Of a DNA stretch of 64,000 nt, positions 45,212 through 57,824 are shown one piece after another (position 1 is the first letter of the stretch; every line of letters begins with the position of its first letter). Both the position numbers and the translations under genes were made by a program. A model generated the notes under the pieces. The model was not told the DNA's origin. It saw only the letters and a list, made by a program, of their open reading frames with translations, and ran no database searches. The stretch is from Phoronis australis (Eukaryota; Animalia; Phoronida). The stretch lies in contig NMRA01000954.1 in assembly GCA_002633005.1 (NCBI GenBank), forward strand, positions 25,596 to 89,595, written 5' to 3'.

Positions 45212-48200
45212 CTGGAAAAATAATGACGATAGCGCGTTTTCGTATCAATCGTAGATCTGATTTTACTCATAATATATGGCGGAGTAACGTTTTGGAAACG
45301 TTTTTATTTTCTGCTTCCTGTACGTCAAACATTACTTGTTGAAGACACTGTTGGAAAAGAGGTGTTCACTTTTTATGAACAATAAATCTCTTGTGATTCT
45401 ATATCAGCAGCCACCTCATAACCGTCATAATGTAAGGTCCTGAATGACCAGTTAAAATTACAAGCGCAATGAACGGCGAGCGTGCTTTGCAAGTGATACT
45501 TTCCGCTTACCCCCCACGATAGCTTGATGTACGACTACGCTTAAAGTACTAACCTGGTCGGCGTATTGTTTCACGTTTAACATCCTTTTGGTGATATTGT
45601 CGATGGGAAATTTGTTCTTCAGTTGGAAGTATGTTCTGGAATCGTGAACACCAACTATTACCTGCAAAATTATTTGTGCTGATTGCAACTATGAGGTGGA
45701 AGAATGAGTAGGCCTATTCGGGTCATGTCGGTAGCTCTCGTCAAGTTGTTACGGCAACCTGAACGTTGTATATCACGCTGTGATAATTTTGTTGAAATAA
45801 CCCCTGTGTACATTGTGGAAATCAAATCATGGCAAAAGACAGTTTATTGCTGCCCGGCAGCGCGCTGCCACGGCGAGTGAGCAAAGATTCCTTGACCGGC
45901 ACAAAATTGTAAATAATATATAGGCAGAGTACACTAATTCCAACAGTTTTGGAGCTTTTCGTGAATAAATTTACGACAGTGTATAAGACGTTTCATCTCC
46001 AATGGAAAAGAGCATACTTTTTTTTCACAATGATGGTGAAAAAGTGAAAGTGGACCATTTAGATTTATGCACAGAGGTAATTGGTCTAAAGCAAACTTTA
46101 GTTTCGTCGTTTGTATTGTCACGTTAAACGTGGGACTTCCCGTCATTTAATTAGTGTTCTTTCTGCAAATGTTTATGTCACCCAGAACCTTGGTGCCCAC
46201 TACGCATCAGATGAAAATGAACATTGGAAAGCTCAAAAAAGCGACCGTTTCAAATAGATGCGTGCCAGCGTCGGCACATTAAGCCAACACCAGCAGATTT
46301 ACTTCGTAAGACAACATTGGTGCGTTATCATACTTAGATCCAGTCACCACGTGTATCAACTTGCTACATTTTCAGGCGAACAAAGCATGCCATTCGTGTA
46401 ATATTAGGCATCAAAAGCAATGTCAAACAACTACCCCCCGGAATGGCAGCTCAGCGCGAAAGCACCGCGGTTATTCCGTGCAGAGCTACCTCTTGGTCAA
46501 GTGGGTATCTTCATCACTATCACAAGTCGCTGACCGGGATGACTGATCGTTTACTTTTCTTAACCTTTGAAAGTTCAGTAACAAATTGACTTTTCTAATG
46601 CATTACTGTCACAACACTTCCTTTTGCGTATGCCAAACCCGTTTTTGGCCTGTAAACTGATAATTATCAAAAATGACGTTACCATTAATTCTCTGAAACA
46701 AAATAATGCTCTCTAACCCTAGACAACTCTCAAATATTTCGAGCAAAATTCCTTACAAAGTCTGTTAAACGGACAAGCGTGACTTACGCTTGGGGAGTTA
46801 CACGAGGACTTAGTAGGGAAAGACCGCCCAGAAAGAACCATAATATCCTATCTGTGACAGAGAGTATGAATTTGTAGTTGAATCGTACTTTTATCACTCA
46901 AGTGAAACGTCAATGGTGCATTGGCAAATGGCAGCACGAGGCATTGGTTGCAATCACCAAAACAGCTGTTTAGTATCCTTTTAATGGACACTCACTTGAG
47001 ACCTTACTCGTATTTACGGTACAGATTATGTTTTCTCAAAGACTAAATTCCCGTTAAAACGGAGTGACAAGCGAACAACAGGACCTAAAAATTTGCATTT
47101 TCATTTGGAATTAACTCTAACTTTATGCTAAAAAGTAGTCAAAAGGGAAGGCATTCGTTTTAGTGATACGTGTTGGGCAATTTTTTGAAAACAATACACG
47201 GTTGCTGCGAGTGGGTTACAATAATACACAGTTGCTGTGTGTGGTTTACAATAATACACAATTGCTGTGTGGGTTACAATAATACTCAGTTACTGTATAT
47301 GAGTTACAATTAAGGAAATAGACCAGAATGATGCTTAATCTAATCCCTGTATTCAATGGCTACACGTGCACTTCTCCGGTTTCGATATTGTTAGACAGAA
47401 ATATTTTGAATATAAAGTTATTTATCAAAAAGATAACTTTCAAAAGTTACAAAAATAGACAATTATAATCATGAAATATTCTAGCAAGACGTCTCTCCCG
47501 CTAAATTAACGAGTCAATATACCACCTGACCTACAACAAATTGCAACAAAAGGTTTTACAGTGGTTTTATGCTCTACTGGGTATACTTACTAAAAGCAAG
47601 AAAGCCTTTCTTTTTTAGACGATCTACCAAAATCTGACCACCGGAAATGGGTTAAAACTGCGTCATTTCCAAGATGGCCACCACGACGTTTCGAAATTAC
47701 CATAAATAGACTTCTTCAATAATTGGTGTAGGGACATACTGTAAGTTTTGGTTTTAGCTTATGGTTTTAAAGGAGCATGCCACCCAAAAAACAACCTAAT
47801 TTGTATCAATTTAGATCGAGTAGTTCTACTCCGTAAGGACACGCACGGTTGCGTTACCTGACACCTGACGGCAGACGGAGGTGTTGAAATTATCCAATGA
47901 CGTCATCGGTTTCACCGCAGTCTGTTCAGCAGTTCACGACAAGGGTTACTGGTGTCAGCTTATCGCTTGAAGTCAACGTTTAACACCAATAAATCATCAA
48001 ACTTAGATGTAAAACCCTTAAAAATACACCGAGTTCTGATAAAAACGTGTTGTTTGATTTCGCTCTTACGGATTTATTGGTATTTGGACACACCGTAGCC
48101 TACAAAGTTCGGCAGTCCAATAAGGTCCGTAGCAGGAGTTTGGGGTCAGTTCGGAGATAATTTCGAAGTATTTTCCGTGAGATACAGACAGGAGAACCTA

Positions 48201-51200
48201 GATCTGTGTTGTTTAGACTTGTGATTTTTTGAGTTCTAAGCACAAAACGCTTATCTTGGCCAGTGGCTCGGAGCCCGATCAGGCCTGTCGCGGCCGGCCG
48301 GATTGAGTCGTTATCCCGACCTGTGGTTTGGAAACTGATCAGACATCACGAACATAAACCAGCCAAAGTTCAGTGGAAACTAAACTTCCAGTCAAGATTA
48401 TGTGATTATGTGATTATATTGGTGAATTAGACACGAAACTGCAAATCTACTTACTCGTCGGGGCCGCGAATTCAGGTTCCGCTTTGGCCACAACACCGTC
48501 AGGGCAGAAGTTGTACATTGAAAATCATTATTTGAGTAATGTAAATGTAAATAAAGATTACCCTAACACCTGGCCGTGGGATGGAAATCGAGTTGTTTCA
48601 CAACAGCTTCTGCCAGCAAACACTAAATTAGCATGAGCTCACACGGCCTCGGTGTCCCGTCAATTAGTTTTATTGCGCCTAAAGCCGGTAACGCAGTGAT
48701 TTATTCATTACTGGCTTCTCAAATCATTTGCACTCACGAACACTCCAAAGGCATTACAAATTGCATCTAATGAGACAGACTTTGTTTAAGTTTTATATAA
48801 GTATTGGTTAGGGTGAGAATAAGTCATTTTGAAACAAAACGCTCAGTAATAAACGCCAACATGGCAACTCGCAATCCAGACTTAGGACGAGCTAGGTTGG
48901 AGTTTTCCTGTGGAGGTCGGCTGCCGGGGTTTTCCGGTCAGTTCGGTCATTACCATGGCGAGGTGTCTTGGCGTCTCCGCGTCGGGAAAGAAGGCTCTGC
49001 TACGCGACGTAGCCACTGAAGCTGAACAGGCATCTTGTTGGATTTGAATGAAATACCAACAGCAACACCACCAACAACCGTCAGACAGAGCCTGGTCAAC
49101 TCTGTTGTCCCGCCTACTAGAGATGGTCTTGGTTTAGGGACGAAACCATTAAGGACAGTAGGAGACCAACTGAAGATGGCGGTTGAGCACAGTTCCATCA
49201 AGTGTTTAAAGTAAGTTCATCAGTCCCGACTTCGCAGGTGGATCGTTAAGTTTTACAGGCTATCAATTCGAACAAGAATACAGTGATGAAGAAATACTAG
49301 AGAGGCGCCGTGAACGTATGGAGTTATTTGGTAAGCCGGCATTCGCCAGGCACTGTCGACGTCTGCAGGCCACAGACACGGAGATGTTTCACGGCCTCAT
49401 ACTTACATTTCGTTCTTCCGCGAGCCACTTCCTAAGCATTTCGGGCTCTCAAGGAAGTAAAAAAACGATATACCCGCTTTCCTTGCAGCTGCTTAGTTCG
49501 GACAAGCGAGAACGATGCACCGCAACATAGCGTCGTTTCTCTCTCACCTTCCTCACAGGTTAACGCGACACCTCTTGGCAAGGTAAGGTCGACCGTATGC
49601 GAGGCGATGTGGATATAGACCGATTAAGACGGCAAAAAAGACTAATTAAATCGGGTTGCATTCTCCTTTAAGGGGTGAACAACTCACTAGTGTGCTTGAC
49701 ATTAAGATATGATCAGTATTTGATATGAAATTCAAGATGGCGGCAAAAAATCAGTATTTGTACATTATATCAGGTGGTCAAAAATAACGTTTCAAATTTT
49801 AACCTTTATTTTTTCGAAAAGCATTCATTGAAATTGCACAAAAGTTTGTACATGTGCATATCAATCCATTGCCAAAACACCATAAAAACATAATAAGACA
49901 CAGTGTGTTTTCGCTCCAGAACATCGGAGATACTTAGTAGCTCAAAAAACTCAATGCCAAATTAGACTACATAATTATACAAATTAGACTACATCATTAT
50001 ACAAATTAGACTACATCATTATACAAAGAGTCACCTTCAAGGATGGTGACACTTGACAATCAATTTACTCAGGCGTATATTTTCAAGGTTTGTGTCATAA
50101 AAATGTTCTGTCAGTTGGGTGCTACATTTTGTAGAAGTAAATATGGCGTTTTCAAGAGCCAAGAACGAGGTAATTGGGGTTAATTACAAAATGTTTTACA
50201 CAAAGTCCTGATTGCAATCTAAAAAATTACAGCATTTGGAATGGACTGACAGAGAATGTGTACCAAGGCAAAGGTTGTGCTATGCTCAATAACTTAAACC
50301 AGCAAAACTTCTTTACTTAGTAAACGGTATCTATCAGTATCAAAATGACTGAGCAACAGGTGCCAGTAAAGTAATATTGTGACCATCGCTTGGCTGCCAA
50401 GTTTTTCTATCTTTGAGGGGCTCACAACTTTCGTGGTGAGTGTGTCTGCGGAGGAATGGAGGACTTGGTCATCTTTCAGGAGTTTCTGAGAGTCTGATTT
50501 CTTTCCGACACCATATACATGTCCTGAGTAATTGATTTTTGTTATCACTTACTGCAAAATAATATTAATGGTAGAATGTATGATGCAATTCGTATGATTT
50601 ACAGAAGTCCGTTGAACTGTATACGGTTAAATGGCACTCTGTACAGTGGTTGGTTCACTCCTGAAAACGGTGTCCGTCAGGGGGACGTTTTATCACCGAC
50701 ACTCTTTGTATTATATATAAATGACTTAGCTCTGGATATTAAAAAAATGGGTAAAAGTATCCAATGTGGCCCGAACAATATTTCAGTGCTTCTTTATGCC
50801 GACGATATTGCACTTTTGTGTGAGAATGAAGATGACATGCAAGATACGTTGAAGGTTTTAAAGAACTGGTGTAAAAAGTGGAGAATGGTTGAAAACATGG
50901 CAAAAACTAATGTTGTCCATTTTCGAGCTCAGTCTATGCCTAGAAGCAATTTTGAATTTATTTTGAACAGTGTCATCAGTTATAAATGCTCATACAAATA
51001 TTTAGGCTGTATTCTGGATCAACACCTTGACTTCAAAAACAAAATTGATTACGTTATCTGAAGCTTCTAGTAGAGCGTTAATGAAGATATGCTCAACGGT
51101 TTGTCCAGCTAAAAGCTTTTTCATGTCCACAAATGTCACAAATTTAGAAAGGTTAGACGACTTTCTTGTTTGAATAATTGATGACAGAACATATAAGTGA

Positions 51201-53634
51201 TCAATACAGGACGGTTGGCTTCGAAAACTATTTTGCTTTCTAACTTAAATATTGTTCTGTTCACATTAATCCAAAATTCTGTTATTCAACACAGCACTGA
51301 AGATTTTATAAATATTTGAAAGAAGACTAATCCCAGGGTAGTTCAAAGATAATCTAGGGTCGTCTGTACAATTCTTAGGTATCGGGATTATAATTGCCTT
51401 ATACCAGTCAGAAGGCATCAATCCAAGTTTAAAAGATTCATTGAACACCTAGGTTAGAAAAACAACAAAAGTTTCAAATCTTAACATCTTAACACCTCAT
51501 CAGGTAAACAGTCATAGCCGGCGGCTTTGTTATTCTTTGTTTTCATAACAACATTTCTAACCTCATCAATACAGATTTCACAATTTAAACCATGATCAGT
51601 TATATTGGAACAATCATTTTCTAGCTGCTTGCGCAAACTCATGCTTCTCAAATATAATTCATCATCAAATGGTGTATTTTGAGAAGTGCTTTAAATAATT
51701 GTTCATAGTAATTTTTCCATTTATTTCAGAATAAAATTGATACCAGAGCTTATTTCATTATTTGAATCCAAGACTTCCAGGGGAACTTCGCTCAACTGTT
51801 TTGGTCCCAGGTTTTTAATATATGCCCAAAAGTACTTAGGATTTTCAGTTTACACATTCTCAATTTCAATCTGAACCTTTAACTCGTATGAGCGTTTAGC
51901 GCATTTTAGTTTCTTGTCAAATTTATATTGAGCAGACGGAAATAGTTGTTTATAATGTGACCAGTTCCCGCGTCCTCTGTGACTTCTTGAAAGTTGTTTC
52001 TCAATGTCTTTTAATTTTTTCCACAAATCAGTAAGTCTGATTCCTTTTTAAATACTTTCTTAGTTTACTACTCGGATAATAATCCTTGTAGTCCAGCAAA
52101 GAATCCATTTCCTTAATTAATAGGTCAACAAATGACTGATACACTATATCAAGTTGGTTCTGATGTTCATAGGATAACAATAATGAATCAATTAATCATA
52201 AAATTTCTTCATTAAATGTCACATTATTACTAAATTCTACAGGGATATTGGAGGTGTCATTTTTACGTTTTTTCGAAAGAGTATCTGAATCTAAAGGTCT
52301 GTCGATACCAGATGAACACACTCCAGGCGAGGAGATTGTAAAGTTTAAAATAAAGAACAGAATGATCTGGTGCTTTACATCTTGATCCAGTCAATCCGCG
52401 AAAATCTAACATATCAATAATATCAGAAGTCTTTGTAACAGAAAACGATACGCAATTCTTCAAATTATTTTGGTCAGTTAAAATCTAATCTACAACAGCA
52501 TTTCCTCTATTAACATAGAGGTCCTCATTTTCAAGAAAATAGAACTGTAATTCGTTTAGGTGACATCTTTGAGAGGTACCAAAGTCAGAGGTCAAAGGTC
52601 GAGCCGGAAATGATATCATCCGCAAACCTGCGCAGAGTTCAGTAACGTTAAGACCTTGCCAAAAAGCAAAACTTCGCCACATTACGTGGGATATTGACGT
52701 GTATTTTAAATTAGAACACGTGATTTTGGGTAGATTTTAACGAGGTCCTGACGTAGTTGCTTGCGTTACTAAACTCTACCCGAAAGGATGCACCCGGACG
52801 TGACGTCATCAGGTCGTGCTTGATCTTGGATCGAGGTCCCTCTTCAGCATGATTAGATATGACGTCACTTACGGGTCCCATTTGCCCTATTACGCAATAC
52901 GGTTTGCGGATGACGTCACTTCCGGGTCGACCTTGATCTTGGTCCCTCTCAAATATGTTACGTAAACGACTTACTATACTACTCATGACGCTAGAAATTG
53001 AATTTCCTCCTTGTGTAATTTTAATAAACATAAATCATTTGAAATAGTAAACTCTTAAAAATATTTTTTTATGAAAATAATGTGCAACTTGAAATGTGGA
53101 ACTTTTCAAATTTCTTAAGGATATATCTAGCTACACAAGAAAACAATGTTATTGCACCTGGCATGGTTACAGAATGAAAATGAGCTTACAGCACAAGGGA
53201 TAACCTATATATCCGCAGTAATCGTGTCCTGTGTGTAACCACTCACCTGCAGGCACACAGGCAGATATGTAACTATTATTGTTTGCTGTACATAGGTAGC
53301 ACGTTTTTCGTTATCCAAACTTGTTAAATACACGACACCTGTAGTTGTTGACTATCTTTATTCCATTTCGTGCGTATCCTCGGAACAAAGTTCGACATTC
53401 AACAAAACATTGGTCAGTTACTTTACCAACGGAATGGAATAAAGGTAGTCAACAAAGACAAGTGTCGAGTATATTAACATTTTTGCATAACTATTATTAT
53501 CAATTACAACTTACATGCCTTCCCACTTTTCTCATACATTTGATGAGGTGCTTGTGCCCATCGTGGAATAAGTCGAAACAACCTACGGTTATCACTTTGT
53601 CAACTATCTCGGACGTCTTCTCCCTCGACTGCAT
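44948..53634 (-). CDS. Cytidylyltransferase (CTP_transf-like, HxGH family; glycerol-3-phosphate cytidylyltransferase/TagD-like), ~163 aa
   Basis: complement join(53515..53634,45554..45661,44948..45211), phase-0 GT-AG introns. KVITVGCFDLFHDGH, VIVGVHD, YLRGDD and PRDPSGVSSTKLR are the HxGH, GDD and RxxGxSST motifs. The start (ATG 53634 versus an acceptor at 53628) is uncertain. Confidence 0.85.
45554..45661 (-). CDS. Cytidylyltransferase middle exon
   Basis: ttttgcag / CAG|gttagt; VIVGVHDSRTYFQLKNKFPIDNITKRMLNVKQYADQ. Confidence 0.88.
47190..47310. repeat. ~29-bp tandem repeat, 4 copies
   Basis: acaataatacacagttgctgtgtgtggtt-like units. Confidence 0.8.
47771..49667 (-). mobile_element. Kolobok DNA transposon derivative with decayed THAP gene
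   Basis: TTAA on both flanks; TIR AGGAG(C/A)ATGC(C/A)ACCC (13/15). Minus remnant MLRCIVLACPN*...ISFF..RKWL...HLRVCGL and DDGTV..TAIFSW. Plus remnant VVIPTC..WKLIR resembles the Kolobok second ORF. Confidence 0.8.
49959..50027. repeat. 22-bp tandem repeat, 3 copies
   Basis: aaattagactacatcattatac x3. Confidence 0.9.
50549..51080 (+). mobile_element. LINE RT fragment (domains 4-7), inverted relative to rest of element
   Basis: GVRQGDVLSPTLF, LLYADD, YKYLG in ORF 50576..51061. Confidence 0.9.
51081..52540 (-). mobile_element. LINE EN/RT fragment (end of endonuclease to RT domain 3), decayed
   Basis: DHSVL; PSDWYKAIIIPIPK..DPR..LNYPGISLLS; RSCIDHLY; FVDMKKAF. Confidence 0.85.
52547..52983. mobile_element. 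Short foldback element, possibly Polinton/Maverick terminus-derived
   Basis: ~80-bp imperfect inverted arms 52547-52628 / 52901-52974; right end reads AGTAGT on minus; three TGACGTCA motifs. Confidence 0.45.
53515..53634 (-). CDS. Cytidylyltransferase first coding exon (HxGH motif)
   Basis: MQSREKTSEIVDKVITVGCFDLFHDGHKHLIKCMRKVGRH then gtaagt donor; in-frame TAG a few codons upstream of the ATG. Confidence 0.85.
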
Positions 53635-54619
53635 AGTAAACACTATTTGCTACTTTAAGCCTTGTCTACACTCTGTATACAACTCCACACGTGACTTTTG
53701 GACTCAGGGTAGCGAAACTGTCACCTCTACGAATCGGCTTACCTAGAAATGCCAAACAACATGTCGTGGAAATCGACGGTATTTTTTGAGTGTCCGCTCA
53801 AAAACAGTTTTACAAACGACAATTTAGGGGAAAGTGAAATAGCAAAAGTTATCAAAGGCAAAAATGGTGGCTAAGCATTGTGTTTTTGAAGCCCGATATC
53901 ACAAAATAATGTCATTTTTCGTCTGAAAATTCGGTGTTTTGTGATTACGTGTCATGGTAGTAGATGACGCAATTAAGAAAAGACATGGCGTCAAACTGGG
54001 TCCAAAACGTCATAATGACGTCATGCTAAACATTGTTATACTGCATTTGATTACACGTGAAGATAATCTAAACAAATATTAGTAAAATATACACTTATAT
54101 AGTGGCTTACAAAGCGAATGACTTGTACATGCCGGGAGCGCCCTTGCGTAATGTCGAGTAGCAAACAATAAGTTTACCCTGCAACATGTTCTTTGTCGAG
54201 TAAAATGACGGCTTGGAAACGAAGGTGTGTCAACATTACGGCGTTTTCCCGTTGCTCCCAACTTGTTCGATTCTATAGCCCAACAACAAGTTGGGAAGTT
54301 TACCCCTGTAGCCAATATCTTACACGACTTATTAACTCCATTCTGGCATTTAGGGTTGGAGGGCCAGCTCACGTTTGTTCGATAATTGCTCTAATCTCCA
54401 ATAGATGGTATCTACCCTGACTGGTCTTGCTGTTGAAAATAAAAGTTAAGTTATAACATATTTGAACATAAACCAATAGCATTTCTGAAATCTTCGTCAA
54501 ATGGTGATCATGTTTAGTTTTTGAATAGCCAAAGTCGCCCAAGTGCAACCGAAGTTACGACAATCTATTTCCGAATTCACTCTGAGTAAACTTCTGAAAT
54601 AACCATGAGTAGCAGACGA

Positions 54620-54800
54620 CGTACTTGCCGGAAGTAAGATTTGGTAACACTTTACCCTTACACTTTTTCACTGTGCTACAAAAGATAACACTATCTTCTC
54701 TGATGATGAACAACACACGGTATTCCGCGTGGGCATCAATGCGCATGGCTTGGTCGGAAGTATAGCCTACCGATCACATCGCCACCACTTGCACACGCCT
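54620..54800 (-). promoter_or_regulatory. Candidate promoter / 5'UTR exon of the cytidylyltransferase gene
   Basis: CGGAAGT (ETS-like) at 54629 and 54755; TGCGCATG at 54740; locally CpG-rich; possible donor near 54622 and acceptor at 53742. Confidence 0.3.
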
Positions 54801-54804
54801 TTGT

Positions 54805-57800
54805 CACCCCGGGCAACCCGCGATCGAGGACGACCGGAAAGCGATCGAGAACGAAATTTGGCGCGAGAAGCGAAGCCAGACAAGGTGAGTAAATTTTATG
54901 CATTTTCGTTCTTTTTACTTCCAATGTGAAAACATAGACATGGCTTCAAGGCTTAACACATTTAGGAAGGGCAAGTAGAGGTTTAGGCTAGTGTCTCCCA
55001 ATCATAGGAGAAAAGTTACGTTGACCAAGGCATCGCTTAAGCAGAAGGTGATTTGTATGTCATTTTGGCAAATTGCCGTTATTTTTGGCACTAAATCAAT
55101 AAATTGACCATGGAGTTATGAAGAAATGACGTGTGAAAATATAACGCATCGCTTGTGTTTTGTAGTTTTGTCAGGATCTCTGATTTCTCGACGCTTCTCT
55201 GTTGAAAGATGCGATCGAGAACGCAAATTTATGTTTGTTTATGAGATCGGGAACGCATTGAGGTGTATCGAACTGTAATGAACTTTTTACTTATAAAATG
55301 TGAAAAGGGTTTCAAAATAAGTGTGGTGCAATGAATTAATCACATTTTGTGTCGTTACTGTGTTACTTTCGTATCAAAACTGAACAACAGCATAGCATAT
55401 TTCTATTAAATTGCCATGTGCACTACAATGTACATCAAGCATAATTTTAGTTTCACATACGAATTTATTCTCATTTCAGGAAACAAGTTCACTGTTAATG
55501 TGAGGCGAGCTTCAGCGAACATGTTACCCACGACGTGAAGGTACACCCTACCAACACCAAGGTTTTGAAAAGTACAGCCAGGCATCTACTTTTAGACCAA
55601 ACCACTGAGAACAAGGGTTTCTAAACTGACAGACTCACCCAGTTGTTCCATATGTCCTGTCAGCCAGGGGTAAACAAATTGTTACAGCACCGAGATGAAA
55701 GCGAGTGTAGAATCTTCTTGTAAAATTGTGACAGCAAAAGGAAAAAAAAAACAAATTGAAAGTGAAGTCAAAGAATGATGATGAGCTTGCCCATGGGGAG
55801 AGAGGGGTGTGCGGCAACACTTCACGAGATGATTCAAAGATTCTCACTCATAAACGTCTGGGATCAAAAAATGGCCAGGAGTTGTGTAAACTGGTGTGCT
55901 GATAAAACGGGTGGGATTTTACTTGACGTTTTACTGATAAGATCGATACAGAGATGAACAGATTGACTTGTGGCACTTGTGTGGCTTGGATGTACGTTGT
56001 GTTTGACTCTTCTATTTTGAAGTATTGGTCCTAAGTTCACCTGCATCATCAGTTAATGATCTCGAGTTTAATATGACATTGAAAAAGATTGAGAGTTATA
56101 AAACACATACTATATTGTGATTTTCTCAAAACGTAGTCAACATGTAGTCATTAACGTCACGTCAACTACACACTGTAGTGATTTACACAGGAAATCAACA
56201 ACAACATTATAGCATTTCTATTATAATATTAATCTTTTATCACACGTACCTCAAAATTGGTCTTCCAAAATATATAAATTTATTTATAGGGAAATCAACA
56301 AAACAAATCCATTGAACATTTCCAACGAATTACTTTTTGGAATGTATTAGACTAAATCATAGCAGAATCATAGACAATGTATTTAGGACTGATTGATAGT
56401 ATAACAGTTTCTCACAGGAAATCAACAACAATATGAAAGCAATTTCTACAACAATCAATTATCATAGACATACGTTTTCATTTAAAATACTAATTGGTCA
56501 GAACAATTGTATGTAAGTATTGCCCAATGACACTCAGTATGGCCATTTAAATCTACCTAAACACTACAAAAATGTACTGGTTCTGTTAAAGATCCTTTTG
56601 AAATAACAGAAATATAGAAATAAACTTGAGGAAAAAGGTTCAAAACAAAACGTCAAAATACTATCACATCAGACAACAACCAACCACAGACTTTGTAAAT
56701 CTGAATAAACTATAGTGACTTAAAATAACCTTCAGCACTGGACTAATGATTTCATTCATGACGTTTCTGCTTGCTATGCCTGTAGAAGGAGGCGTACTGT
56801 TTGCATGGCATGCCACATTCACCACAAAAAGGAGTGTCCTCGTGCTGTGACGCTGTCGCATCAGGCTTACTCTTTCCGTGAAACTTCGATCACAGATAGG
56901 ACACTGAATCGACCTGGTTCCTGAGCACGGTGCTTCATGCTCTGTTTTACTATATTGGTAAAAAAACTCTTGACGCATGTAACGCGTCAATCACAGGGCT
57001 GGTAAAGGTCTTGCTTTGTTGTAGTGTCACTGTATTTTATTGCCATGTGGTCATACTAAGTCGATTTCTTAGGCACCACAACACACACACAGGTCCACTC
57101 CGTTGTGACATGCAGCAGTTGTACTACTCTTTTTTGAAGGCGTGGACGTTAACACCCTGAAGGAATCGTCATGTGGCGTGGCTACAGTTCAACTGAAAAA
57201 AAATAAACGCATTCACTTATGCTTGTTAGACTAAATCTCACTTAGAAATAGTGAAAATACGATGAAATGTAATTAATAATTAACCCATCAACTAATTCAA
57301 GCTCCGTATTATTCTAAAATTACCGTAACTTGAACGACTATTCAAGCCAATGCAGAGAAAAAATGTACGTTCACGATCGCATTTTTGCGTTCTCGTTGTC
57401 TCACACAAGGACCTGCTTGTATTGGTAAATATCTCAAATTGTTTCACAAATCATAACTAACAAAGGTGTCACCAGGGACGATTAAACTATAAACGTCACA
57501 CGTCTCTTCTTAAGAACCATGGAATTGCTAATAACAAGTAGAAATTGTCGATTTTACGAGGCGCAAGGCATTTTACCCAAAGCCATTGCTTTCTGAGCTC
57601 TTTATTTTAAAAAATAAGCAAAAGCCAAGTATTATTTCAGATCCACAACAAAGGTTACACTCTGACGCTTTTCTGTGAGTAACATTTGTACCAAAGTGGC
57701 CTCTATTTAAGCAGAAAATGACACTTAAACTCACCGGGTACGTGACTGTCGTCTGCCATTTTTGGTGCAAGGTCTCGTTCTTGTTCGCCTTCCGGGCGTT

Positions 57801-57824
57801 CTCGATCGCGGGTTGGCCGGGGTG
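54805..57824. mobile_element. 3.0-kb DNA transposon with CAC..GTG termini and 5-bp TSD (Transib-like end signature), carrying decayed C2H2 fingers
   Basis: ~50-bp imperfect TIRs CACCCCGG(G/C)CAACCCGCGATCGAG..; TTTGT on both flanks; minus remnant CPICDRSFTERVSLMR, CGECGMPCKQYASFYRH at ~56750-57110. Confidence 0.8.

Noticed and set aside
44948-53634. Bacterial contamination as source of TagD-like sequence
   Set aside because: Gene has GT-AG introns filled with animal transposons
54805-57824. Bona fide RAG1/RAG2 transposon
   Set aside because: No RAG1 core or kelch remnants and no RSS-like heptamer/nonamer; only the CAC ends and TSD length match
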